Positions 45,894 to 58,500 of a stretch of DNA of 64,000 bases are shown here, piece by piece. The position numbers and the translations under genes were made by a program. The notes beneath the pieces were generated by a model, which was given only the letters and a program-made list of their open reading frames with translations, ran no database searches and had not been told where the DNA came from. The DNA comes from Klebsormidium nitens. Lineage: Eukaryota > Plantae > Klebsormidiophyceae. Every line of letters begins with the position of its first letter. Position 1 is the first letter of the stretch. The stretch spans positions 186,001 through 250,000 of the forward strand of contig DF236977.1 in NCBI GenBank assembly GCA_000708835.1, written 5' to 3'.

Positions 45894-48800
45894 ATGGGCC
45901 GCTCTACAGGCGGCGTGACGGGCCAGTGGGATGGCGAGGTGCGGCCCCTTGCTTCGCAGCGTCGGAGCCGGGGCACCACAAAATGGGGCACCAGGAACCC
46001 TAAAAGCATGGGGCAGGTGGATTTCTTGAACGGCACGAGCAAGTCGTTTGGTCGGCAGAAGTCGGGCGTGGAGTTTGGCAACAATATGACCAAGATTCTA
46101 GGGCAGGAAGAAGATGGATGGGTGTCCAGCAGCAGCCCGAGCGATGATGAGCTGGCATATGGCACCAGGCCTAGGAACACCATCCCCAGAGCTACCTCCA
46201 TGCCTGCCCAGCCGGGGACCATGGATTTTGACATGGAGAGCAGGCTGATGGCCACTGTGGCTGGGACGACTGCGCCGTTCATGTTTGAGAAGAGGAGGAC
46301 GCGCATTGACTGGAGGAAGCTGCATGGAATCGATGTTGATAGGGTCATCAGGGAGGCAGGTGAGCTAAAGCAATTTTACCATGTCAAAAAGCAAAGGACA
46401 GCTATCAAAGTATGTACGATCTGCTCGCTCAGCTCCTCAAGAGCAGATGAGCTTTTTTTGCACGGCCCAACTTCGAGCTCACCATCGAAACAGCTGGCAT
46501 TGTTCAACTCCAGGCACAGAAACCATGGTGTTTATTCCAAATATGGCCTCCCTTTCTGCTTGCAGATATCGACACTCTCGAGTCTATCCTCGACACCATT
46601 GCATTTGGGGACATTGAGGCAGAAGACACCCGGAACTTCACAGAGTTCAACTTTGTCAAGATCTTCCGGCTCTCTCAGCTCATGGCAAGTTTACATCCGC
46701 TACTTCAAAGCTCCTGCCTTTCCGTAGCTCCTTAAATTGCCAGTGTTTGATCACATACACACATTCATATCACCACTGCTGCACTCCATCAGCAAAGCTC
46801 ATGGTAAGAAACTTGAACACGGTCAAACAGTGGCAGAAAGTTTTGTTGTATGCATTTGTACTTGAGGCACCACTGGGCACCTGGAGCAGTCTCAGGGCCC
46901 ACTTTAATCCATCTCTTTTTTCGGTGCAGGTTGAGTACTTGCTCCATGTCCAGGAGACGCTGGCCTCGCACAAGAGTCAGCTGGTGGTGGCTGGGGCCAC
47001 TGTCCAGAGAAAGACACAGAAGCTGCACAGCACTGTGTCGTGGCACAGAGATGCGCTGGCAGCCACGCGGCGAGATCTGAAGCAGGCCAAGAAGGTAGGG
47101 AGCTTGACTCAAAGGCCAGTTGATGATCTTTTAAGCATTACGGGCAGCAACATGAAATTGCAGGAGAGGTGGATCTTGATAAACAAAGCTGACTTTTTAA
47201 GTGCGATGAGGAAAGCCGTTAAGATTGAAAGCAAGGAACTTGATAGTGGCAACAAGTGCTCATAGACATGAGGGTGGCTGTTACGAGGACGAGGTACTGG
47301 GCATTGAGTGATTATTGAGATTGAAAAAAGTCGAGGTGCTCAGGGAGTGAGGGATATTGGAAGCTTGTCAATGTGTACCAGCTGTGTGAAGAATTGTAGT
47401 CATGAGCAGTGGCAACTTTCTCAATACTTTAGCCTCATAAAAAGCTTATGCACGGAACCGTCTGACTTTGCCCACTGGTTTGCAGACATTGTCCACCTAC
47501 GAGATCCTGCTCCGCCTGCATGGCCATGGGCAGGGCCCCGCCCCCTCCAGCCAGCAGACCCACAAGTGCCCCACCTGCGACAAGCTCTTTGAGTCTGCCT
47601 ACTACCTGGTGAGTTGCGAGCAAGTTGCCAAGGATCGCTGCAAAAGCATTGACAAAATACCTTGTCAGGGCACTTTGATAGCTGTGGGCTGATCCCTGCA
47701 ATATTGTAAGAACGATCGGTGTTGCTTGCACTGCAAAGAAGCCCAATTGATGACAGATTCAAGCCTCCAATGTTGCCGGTATGGAAAGGCTGGGTTTGAA
47801 GTGCCTTTGTTTGGCGCGCAGGACCTGCACATGGCGCGCAGGCATCCCCGCCCGCCAGAGGAAGACCCGAAGGCCATCCTGGCAGCCGCGGTCGCAAAAG
47901 CAGAGGAGATGACCACCATCAAGGTGCGCAGACTTGAGTGTTGTCAGGAAGACCGCTGTGTAGGTCGTGCAAAAGATGTTGCGGGGGCAAGCTTGTGCTG
48001 ATACCAGGTTCGGGAGCCCCCAACTTTGCTGAAGTCTTTGAGAGTCTCCCAAGACGAAAGGACGTCATGGAACGCCGAAAAATGAAGGGTCAGACTTAGC
48101 TAATATCGGATCGGCCTCAATTCGCAGGTCCGGGCCGAGACGACGGCCCAGCTGCAGGCAGAGTTCCAGGAGGTGCTAGCGCGCACGAGAACAGACTTTG
48201 AGAGGGCGGAGCAAGCAGCCAACACCAAGGTGAGGCACGAGGCTCCCCGCAGCTTTCAGCAACTGGTTGGCGGGTCGCACAAAGCGGCAATGAACCAGGG
48301 CCTGCACCTCAGACCGGGCGGGTTGTTTGAGGACTTGGCTACTATCCTGTAAGCTCATTTTTTACGTCAATAGCAGGAACAAATGCAGGGATTGAGAGGC
48401 CTTCTGAATCTTTTTGTTCTTCTAGAGACGTACATCCCGGCAGTCGTACCATCCGGCCTGTGCAGTGCATTAAGCTCCTGGACCCTGCCATCGTCCTTTT
48501 CAAAGGTGTTGGAAAGAATCTTCTGTCCTGCTCGAAACTAGTCTTATAATGTAGAGAACTGATTCCCAGGTCCTGAAACGTTGTCTCTAAACGTTGCCTG
48601 GCTTCTGCCCTTCTAGGTGGTGTCCCTCCAAGCCGTGCTCGCGAGCCGCGAGCGCGAGATGGAGGACCTCCGCGCACGCATCGAGGAGCTGCAGCGCGCG
48701 GCGGCGCGGCGCACGGGCGCGGGCGCGCGCCTCGAAGAGGACGACCCCGAGGCGGCGCACGCGGCCGGCCTGCGCGTCCGCGAGCTGGAAGGGAAGGTGG

Positions 48801-51800
48801 CCGTGCTGGAGCAGCGGCACCGGCTGATCAGCGAGGAGAAGGAACAGCTCACCATGCAGCTGGAGGCGGCCAAGGCGGAGGTGAGGTTCCGGAAACGAAG
48901 CTACGTACAATTCAACTTATCTCCGACTGTAATTGAACCTATGGAATGCCTTTCTTGACAGGGACAAGGTATAAGAGGCTGCTTCTTTAGCTTACCTATG
49001 CTTCAAAAGTAGCTTTCCAAAGGCTTCCGGGACAACAAGTTGCTTTGGCACGGTACAAAAGTTTCTCACTCGGCAGAATCGCGCCTAGCCTGAAGACTTT
49101 GAAGGTGATGCCCCTGATGACGTGGCACTGGGTCGCAGGTGATGTCACTGAAGGCGGAGCGGCGGCGTCTGACCAACGAGCTGGAGGATGCGCGGAACCA
49201 AGTCGACGACCTGGAGCGTCAGAAGAAGAAGCTCGCCAGCGAGCTGGCAAGGGTGAGCGTCGGTGCCACTTGGCCACCCCTCTTTGACAAATATACGAAG
49301 CTGAATATGCAAAGCCGCTACTCAGAAAGCGTCTTGTGACGCTTCGGATTTGCAATAGCGGATCTCGAATGGAAATCATGCTAAGTCGTTGGAAGAGCTC
49401 CAGACCTGACGGGGCGGAGATAGGCAAGCCATCTGCACCGTATGCTTTGACCATCTTCAGCAATCTCTACTACTGCGTCAAGGACTCTGACGCCCTTGTA
49501 GTGTGCGCACTGGCTCCCACGCCTTCGTTGCTCAAAGCGGTTTTCGACACCTGGAAATAATCGTCGTCCTTCCCAATTTTAAATGCTTGCTTTCTTGCCT
49601 GCAAAGGCGAAGAAGTCGCGGCACCCCACGGGTGAGAAGGTGAAGGTGATGGTCGCCAAGCTGGAGGAGTCGTCCCGAGAGGTGAGCCTCGGTTTGGCTG
49701 CGCTTTTTTCATTCCAGAAATGCTTCTTGGAAATTGAGCTAGTAAGACACCGTGTCTAGCGACAAGGATTGGGTAGTTCGCACGTAGAATTAGGCAAGCT
49801 CCATCTTTGTCGGCCCTCAATTGCTGCAGTTCGAACCTCGACGTCGGAGAGTTGGCGAGTGTTACCCGCGGACGCACACATTATTGTTCCGTGCCGACGT
49901 TGCGTCCGCCCTCGCAGATGAAGCTCACGGATCGAGTTTTCTTTCTGCTGCAGGATCGTGACGCGGATCGCCGCCGATCCGAGGAAGACAGAAGGTGGGT
50001 ACTGAAAGCCATTATCCCTCAATCAGCAGGCCGAAGAAGCGATAGGCATCTCTGCGGGTGTTTGGCAAGTTGTAGATCGAGATACCTAGCAATCCACGCT
50101 GGAGGTTCTTTCACTTTTGTAACTGTCGGTGTCGGGTCTCTAGTCCACAGCTTGGCAGCGTTTTGGAACTAATTTGCGCCCTGCCGTTGTTGACGCTCTC
50201 CACGATTTGGCGCAGACGGCGGCAGGCCCAGAAGGAGCGCGACGACGCCGCCGCGCGCCGGCGATCCGAGGATGAGAGGAGGCGACGAGAGCAGGAGCTG
50301 GAAGAGGTGAGGCCGCGAAGGGCGCTGAGCAGAAGTCTGGTCTGTATTTTCCATTGCTGAGAAGTCTGGCAACCCTGTGCTCCAACTGCAGCTCTTTCGC
50401 TGGTGGCAGGTGCAGAATGCTGGTTTCGGTGCTCTTTGGACCTCCGGAAAAAGCAGGGACGCGCGCGAAAGAGGGGAGCTCTTAGCCCGCCACCAGCATG
50501 ATCAGGAGACAGCCTCGATGATCCCCCATTTCTTAGAGGGCTCATCTTTCTGGCTCGTCACCATTTCCGCTTTTGTTCCGTTTCGCTTCTTACTTTTGGT
50601 CTTGCACCGGCAGCGGAACGCGGCTGCTCGGAAGAAGACGGAAGAGGAGGACGCGGAGGAGGCGCGGCAGAGGGCGGCCGCCGCGGCGGCGGCCGCGCTG
50701 CAGGACCTGGGCGACGAGACGCCCTGGCTGTCCGTGGCGGACAAGGAGAAGTGGCTGCGGGAACACCCGTACGCGCCGGTGCCAGAAAAGTGAGCGGACT
50801 GCTTTGCGGACTAGGTACTCAGACATGGGTGCAGGTTGAGAGCTGTTCTGTTCAACTATAGTCCGTCATGAGCTTTGAACATCTTTAATAGCTTGCCTTC
50901 TAGTGGGCAGACTACTCTACCCGGCCACTTGCTTCTCTATGCAATTTGAGTGAATCCGTTTGCTGAGTACCCAACGGGGCAAAACGAATCGTACCTAAGC
51001 CCGACGCATAGCGGGCGTTATATTGGTCGCTTATTCCAACCGCTGCCTGCAGAATCGTAAGTGCTCCTTGTTACACGCACTATCTTTTTGTTACTTCGGT
51101 TTCAAAACTCCATACAGCGAAACTTGATTAACCCTGCAAGCGGCTGGCCCAAAAAAACCCGTCATCCAACCGTGGTCTTCTTTTCATGCAGGCCCATGGC
51201 GTTGGCCAAGCATCCCCACGACCCGATGCTGTTCCCGGACACCCGGACGGACATCACGCAGGTGAGCGTTCGATCGGTCCGGTCCTTGCGGAGTTAGCGT
51301 CCTCAATAGTCTGCTTCGTCTAGAGCGGGAACTCTAGCCGTTGGGCTAATCTGCCTGCTTGTGGCAGGTTTCTATTCTCGGCATCTCTCTCTCAAAATGC
51401 CAAGTGGAGTAAGGAAGCTTGGCTGCCTGAATGGATGTCAAGTTTGGTAAAGATCATTGCTTTCGCGAATGCAGCACTTTGACGAAGCGCTGGCGGAAGA
51501 GCTGCGCAAGTTCGGCATCACTGCGGGGACCAAGGGCATGAGGTGCGCGTGTGGTCTGGCGCCTCCTTGTTGATCCATTTTTGTTGCTCCTGAAATCATC
51601 CAGGCGCACTTGTGGTCTTATAAAAAAATGTTGACCTCTTCTACCGTTGGTCTTCGCTTTTCGTGCCACTGCTCGTCGAGCTGCCCTTAGCCGTGCTGGA
51701 AACCAACTGCAAAGGTTCCCTTCCAGCAGTGTTTTATACAGATCCATGTACATTTCTCAATTTACGATCTCTCCAACCGGCATCGCCCTTGCAGTGACGA

Positions 51801-54465
51801 GGCATATGCCGAGGCGACGGCCATCCTGGAGCAGCGGCGGACTGTGCGCCTGGCGGAGGCGCCGGCGGCAGAGCGGAAGCAGATGGAGTACGAGCGAGGG
51901 ACCATTCAGTGGCACATCGAGGTGGGCACTCCGCGGACATGGGGAAGCTTTCCGTTATCTTCTCTCCACAGCAGCGGAATAGCGGATGCTTGTTCATGCG
52001 TTCAAGAGATTGGTCTGCAGACGCGTGAAGGAAGACAAGCCTGAAGCGCAGGTGATGATTTGCAGAATTTGCTACACTGCAGCTCTGATCCCAATTAAGA
52101 ATATTCTTACTTAGGGATTGACCTTTTGACCCGCCAAAGAACGCTTAAGCAAGGAGAAGGATTCCAGGATTGGAATTATTCTCCGTTGGTTCCTCCACGT
52201 GCCCAAGCACCCTGAAACCACAAGATCTACCAGCGTCACTTATATCTTCCCCAAATTTTTAATTCCAGAGAGCGGTTCACGCGCGCGACGAGGCTGCCGT
52301 GGAGCGGCGGCTGCGCAGCAGTTTGAACGAGGAGGACGAGCCGGAGGAGCTCACCTTCGAGGAAGCCACCGGAGGAACCCGGGGGGGGGCCAACCGGGGG
52401 AACGAATACCGGGTGAGGCGCCGTATGAAGTTGGACCAGTGAATCCGCCCGGGCCTTTACTTCGTCTGTATCAATACCCCATGAGGACGAGTTTTCTGTT
52501 TGACGAATACTGCACTATCTTGCACCAAGCTCGTCAGTCGGCAGTTGTGCTTACGTAGAGAGTTCATCTCTTTCTGATCGCAAGATAGTCAGTTGTAATC
52601 TTCGCACAGTCTAGCGGGACAGTGTAGACAAAATCAGGCTCCAAAGCATGGGGTTCGCTTAACCGAGAAGATTCTCCCTGATCTTCGGACTGCTCCCCAC
52701 ATTTCAAGCAGATTCCAAGCCTACCATAAAGATTCTTACTGGGGGCTGGTTTCTGCTCCAGGAGGCCTCCAGCGCGGTGGTGAAGCACGTGATCGGCAAC
52801 CCAGCGAGCCTGCGCTCCAGCCTGCGGACGGACTACACCGCATCCGAAGTGTCCGCCGGAAGCGAGCCGGACGCTTCGCCGGACGGAAGACGCCCCAAGA
52901 ATATGGAGCATGACAAGCGAGCCAAATCGGAGGCCAGCGCTTCGGACAGCTCGGCATCGGATGACGTCAGCATGGACAGCGACATCAGCGTGCACGATGA
53001 CGTGGCGTCCGAGGAGGCGTCCGAGGAGATGTCCGAGCCGGAGGTGTATAGCAAGCCCAGCAGCCGGCGCAGCAGTCGGCGGCCGTCCAATACGAACTCG
53101 GACAAGACACGTGGCGCTCGAGAGGAGGAGGCACGTGGCAAGAAGGAGGAGGGCGGAGCCTGGGCCACAGCGAAACCGGCGACCGTCAGTCGGGTGGAAA
53201 CGCGAAACTATGAGGAGAGCGACGAGGAGCGGTCGCCGACAGTGCAGGAGAAGGGGGTGAGTTCCGTCGAGGTGAAGCGGAAGGAAGTGGTTCTGAACGC
53301 AGCGGAAGGACGCGTGGCGGACTCGGAGGCGGTCCACGTGGTGCAGCTGGTCCCCAGCCGCAAGGCGCAGGAGCCGGTGCCGCCCCCGGTACAGACCGTC
53401 AAGATAGGGGCCGCGTTCTCGGACGGGAACCGGGGCGGGGCGCTGGAGTCGAGGAGAGCGTTGTCGCCGCTGAGGCCGAGCAGCGCCAAGGGCAGCCTGG
53501 GGGGAAGGCCCAGAACGGAGGGCGCACACTTCAGGTGAGGACCGGGGGAGAACAGGCGCTCTTGTGCAGATGCTGAGCACGCTTGATTGAAGGGCGGGGC
53601 AGGAACGATAGCTTTTCTCAGTATGATCAGGTCGTCTTTCGGCTTCGGAGTAAGGTAGAGTCTTTGGCTACGACGAAAACCTTGGGTCTGGTTGAAGAAC
53701 TTCAATCTTAGTTGCAGGCTTCTCCTGCAAGCTCGACTTCACACTTGTTGTTAAGCCTAGTCTTCCGCACTTAGCAAGCGCAAGGCAGGAATCCTGCGGC
53801 TTTTCAACGTTGCAGCAACTGTTAGACCGTCGCTTTGAGCGACTCTTGTGACAGGATCCTGTGGACAACATGCATTGGAGACCGCAGCAAGCGACTGATT
53901 ACGCTGACTTTCGAAAGGTGTTGGAAACTTTTCCTTGTCCCTGCTTGCAGAGGTTCAGAGTTGGAGAGCTTGGAGAGCATGACGTCCGTGTATACGTCTG
54001 ATGAGGAAGCCACCTCAAGGCTGCAAGGTAAGGCGGCGATTCTTCCCGCACTCCTTCCACCCGTGGAAGGGACTTGCTCGGCCTTCGTAACAGCAGCTCC
54101 TCACTGCATGTGGTATTATAGTTTTGATGCACTACCAGATCCACCATCAACTTATACCGTCGAGCGGACGTACAGCCTGCCACATCCAACCTTTGCTGGG
54201 CTTGTAGATAGATGTGCGCGCTAGACGAAGCTCAGAGCTACGCTTGCGGCCGTTGTCGAGTACAAGACACTGCAGTCGGTCTGGAGCAACCATTTCCGCT
54301 TACGGTGCAGGTTCGTCTGGCCGCTATGAAAGCCCCGCCGGCAGTGGGCCCGCCAAAAGCTCGACAGGCGCGACGTCGAAAGAGCAGAAGCCTGTCACGA
54401 AGACGGCGCCGAGAGACTACTTGGACGACTTCGAAACGGACGACATCGAAGAGATAAATATCTGA
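45894..54465 (+). CDS. DZIP1: DZIP1/Iguana-like cilium/basal-body protein (Dzip-like N domain, C2H2 finger, coiled coil, acidic tail)
   Basis: About 19 exons, for example 45894-46359, 46566-46684, 46930-47094, 47486-47608, 47822-47923, 48128-48229, 48617-48880, 49139-49252 ... 52762-53534, 53951-54027, ~54311-54465. The N domain reads FMFEKRRTRIDWRKLHGIDVDRVIREA|DIDTLESILDTIAFGDI...FVKIFRLSQLM|VEYLLHVQETL. The finger reads CPTCDKLFESAYYL|DLHMARRH. Confidence 0.88.
46685..46929 (+). other. Non-canonical GC-AG intron in the DZIP1-like gene
   Basis: The donor is ATG|GCAAGT and the acceptor is TGCAG|GTT. Splicing restores the conserved FRLSQLM|VEYLLH. Confidence 0.85.
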
Positions 54466-55585
54466 TTTGACAACTATGTTTCAGAAATTAGTCGATGCGT
54501 CAAGTTGACTGGACAGAACATTCTCGTTGAAAGGCATGCAATAGGTATCCAACAGGACCAGAACGGTTAGAGGCAGACGGAGCATGATTCTCTTAAGACC
54601 ATGCCAAGCTTATGAGAGTGGCCGGATGTGAAAGGTCTACCCGGAGCTCTTGAACAGTGACCCTAGGATGTTGTATCATGTATACGGGCCGAAATGTTGG
54701 CTCGGGTGCTTGTGTTCTACTTTGAGCCAGAGAGGTCCAAAACGCTCTCTCAAGTAGCTGCGCACTCGGAAAGTGCTTTTCCATCTCGATCTATGTAGAT
54801 CAGCTTTTCATCGATTGAACGTGCAGCTCGATGAAAGGGAGTGATGATATACGAGTAAGTCTTCTCCTTTGAGAGAGATTACTAGGATTTGAGGACGCCT
54901 GGTTGAGAATTCAAACGTGATGCTATACTAGCCTTGAGAAAGCAAGGCTTTTCCACTCTCACAAATTTGCTTGTGCCGCCAGCTGAGCAAGATAAGCAAG
55001 CTAAGTGAGGCACGTATGTCGTGAAAACCCCAATCGCTGAAATAACCTATATTGGTCATGACCTATACCTATCTTTTATACACGGTACACTACTGGCACG
55101 TTCGGAGTACTAGATCCTACTTTACACAAAATATTCCGAAGGAACAAGAGCGCAAACCACACTACCTACATGTACATTTCTGATTTAGAATGTCGGAGTA
55201 ACCCAATCGGTCATAAAAGCTAGTTCTACGTCCAGTGTTTCTTTCTTTCGTGCTCGACCTGCGCTTTGTCAGGTTTTCTCGCATGAAATGGCCAACTGTT
55301 CATACGTATGGTGTTACGGCGGCCGACAATCTACTATAGTACGAAACAAACGTCTTGGATCGTAAAGTTTCTGTTGGAAACGTGGATGTGGTATCTCTTG
55401 CAACAGTGCGTTCTGTTAGTGTGGTAAATTTGGTTCTGATGCCTAGAATCGACGTCTATTGCGACCTGGGTCGTTTTTTACAGATGTTGCTCTTTCCGTC
55501 CAGTATTTACACCCTCCTTGAAGCAGACCAAAGGTCGCTCGGAAGCTTCTGCCACGCCGAGGTCCCCTTAAAGCCAAGGCCCCGG

Positions 55586-58500
55586 TCACAGCTGCTCAAC
55601 TATGCGCGCGGGAACCCCCGCCCACGCCGTCCCCTTGCGCATCTCCACGTTGATCGGGGGATGGCTCAGGGGCCTGACCGTCACACCTTCCTTGAACGTG
55701 CAAGGGAAGATGGCGCAGTCGGGCTCCACGCTGCAGCGGGTCCCGATGGTTATGGGGCCATAGCGGATGCGCTCGAGGTCCCAAACGATATGCGGGCTGA
55801 TGGTGGCCCAGCGGTCCACCACAGAGTCGTCTCCGATGGTCACCCAGTCGTGGTCGTAGATGAAGCACTCGTGCAGGAACGCCCACGTGCTGATGCGGGC
55901 ACCCAGGCAGTTGGCGAACCTGCAGAAACAAGGATGGCAGAATGTCATGCTCTTCAAGAGAGATTAGCAGAGGCGATTGGGCAGAATTTTCCATGAAAAG
56001 CTTGCTTACAAAAGGCGGGCGGTGAAGCCGCCAGGGTCTCGCCCGACTCGTTAGCCCCATGAAGCGCCTTCAACGAGGCCGTCGCTTTCAATGTCATACT
56101 TATTCGAAATTGTACAAAGACAGGCTACAGGCTGTCAATCCCAATCGCACACGGTGCAACAGGGACTGTAGTTGTCTATCAGTCCCGCATGCAAACACTA
56201 ATGCGTGTCGAAGCAGGTGTGAGTAAGATGAGGGGCGCGCAACGTACCAATTGCCAAGGGGGGTGCTCTTGAGCGCTCCTCCCGCCAGGACCGGCACGAA
56301 GATGTTGGTGAAGAGCAGGCTCCGCGCCAGCAACTGCGGGGGACCGAGCACACGAGGTCAGCCACTCCTGCCAAGATATGCGTGCAGGACGGATCTTTTC
56401 TCCAAAACCTGACGACAGGACGCCAACCGCAGTTTGGTTAACCGGACCTGGTTTTCCTCCTGACTCTCTCCGTTCTTACCGAAAAGTGATGACTTCTTCG
56501 GTTGATGCCACCGTGTTTGAGGTTCTTTGCAAGCGTTTTGAGATGGTGGAGCAATGGAAATAGCCCGCTCGAGCGAGGATTGGAGGAATCTTTGGCACTC
56601 ACCGGGTTGCGGAAATCGCTCCTCGCCACAACTGAGTAGTTGCGCTGGTTGCCGAGCAGCAGCCACTTGATGAGGATGGCTACCCCGCAGACAGAGATGA
56701 CTATGCACGCGTGGATGCCGATGGCCAAAGCGACCCACAGCACAGCTTGGACAGCCAGAGGCCCGCCTGCAAATCCAGTTGATCTTGCTTGTTAGAAAAA
56801 CGGGGCGCTTTATGCAATTACCTCTTAAAATGAGGGTCGAAGGATAAAGAAAGAAAGCACTGATAGATTCACAGGAGCCTGTACGGACTTATTGTCTCTA
56901 CCAATACAGAGTCGGATGAGAAGCTCAAATCCAGGATTCGAGGCGGCTTGCAAGTTCAGGGAAACCCGAATCGCCGGCTATCACAGGCAGATCAATGATT
57001 TGAGTCACTTCCGAGCAAGCAAATTCAATTGGGCAGAGAAGTTTTGCCGATACGAGTTTGCCATCCCACGGCCGCGTACCCAGTTTGCGCACAGCATGAA
57101 TGGCCAAGACGACGCCGCCGGCGGCGGCTCCGGTGAGGGCCACGACGAGGAGCCAGAGGGAGGAGTCCAGAAGAACCACAGGCCACAGCGGCACGCCCGC
57201 GATCGCGCGGCTGAAGTCAACTGGCGTGGCGCGCGACAGGGTTTTGGCGTCGGGGCCAAGGACGACCTGAAAAATAGCAGACAAGAAGATCAATTTGGGG
57301 CTGGTACTATGATATCGAATAACAAACTTTTTACAAGTGACCATTCTGATACAAAATGCGGCGGCCTTAGCGAATGGGAAGGTACGGGAGTGCATCTGAG
57401 AAACTGGAGTGTTTTCGCAAATGGTCATTCCCAGGAACCGCTGGGCAGAGGTTTAAGCGTCAGATGCGGAGCGGCGACCTTCCCGCGCTGGCTGGAAGGA
57501 TTTGGGAGCGGCCTCCCACCTGCTGACTGCGCACGTGCGTGTTGTCCCGGACGTACGTGAGGAGCCCCACGGACGCCCCGTCCTCGAGGACGGTCCCCGC
57601 GCCCACGTGCGACTTGGTCCCCACGATGCAGCGCGCGCCGATGGAGATGCGGCACAGCTCCTTCAGGGGGCCGGCCTAATGGCAACATGGAAACTTTTTA
57701 TGATCCACCGGGTCTGAGCCGTGCCGGCTGCAGGAGCTGATGGTTTGCTCTATCAAGTAGTTCCAATATTTTTGAAGTGGTAGAAAGGAACTGGAATATC
57801 CGAGCGGTTGAACGCTTCAAGATAGTAAAGTAAGCAGTGCAACCAGGTACATGAGGGCCACTTGGGTGAGGCTTTGAGAGCAGTCGGACTGTTGAAACTT
57901 CAACACTTGCAGGTCGGGAATACTTTGACATTGAGGATTTGACGGCTTCATTAGAGAGGTGTTCGGGTCTGTAGTAGGACACGGCGAGTGACTAGACTCG
58001 CCCTCAACGAACGGCATCAGTCTCTTCCATCGAAAAGAAATCCTTTGAAACAAATCAATCGGTCGGAACCCATCAAATGGCCTTTCAAAACTCTGCCCGA
58101 CTGACCTGTTGAGAGGCTTGGAAATCCAGAACACACCCCCCGCCGCAGACGCTCCCTTCGCCGACTGTGAGCAGGTCCAGGTCGGCGCATGGGTAGACGC
58201 CGGTGCTGACAGTCGCCCTCCGGCTTAGGCGCGCGCCGTACGCGCGCATCAGCCAGGGCCCGAGGAACGTGACGGTGAGGTGCTGGTACACCAGGGAGCT
58301 GGTGACGAACGTGATGAACGCGTCCACGACGTAGCGCCGCGTGGCGAACCAGCCGCCCGAGTGAACTCGCGGGGCGTCACCTGGGCAGGATGGAGGAACG
58401 ACTCAGTGCTCAGAAAAGAAGTTCCCGAGTAGAAAAATTCATCTCTTCGAGTCGGCTGCTTGAGAATTGCACTTTCGATCCGAAGGAGTCGCTGATATGA

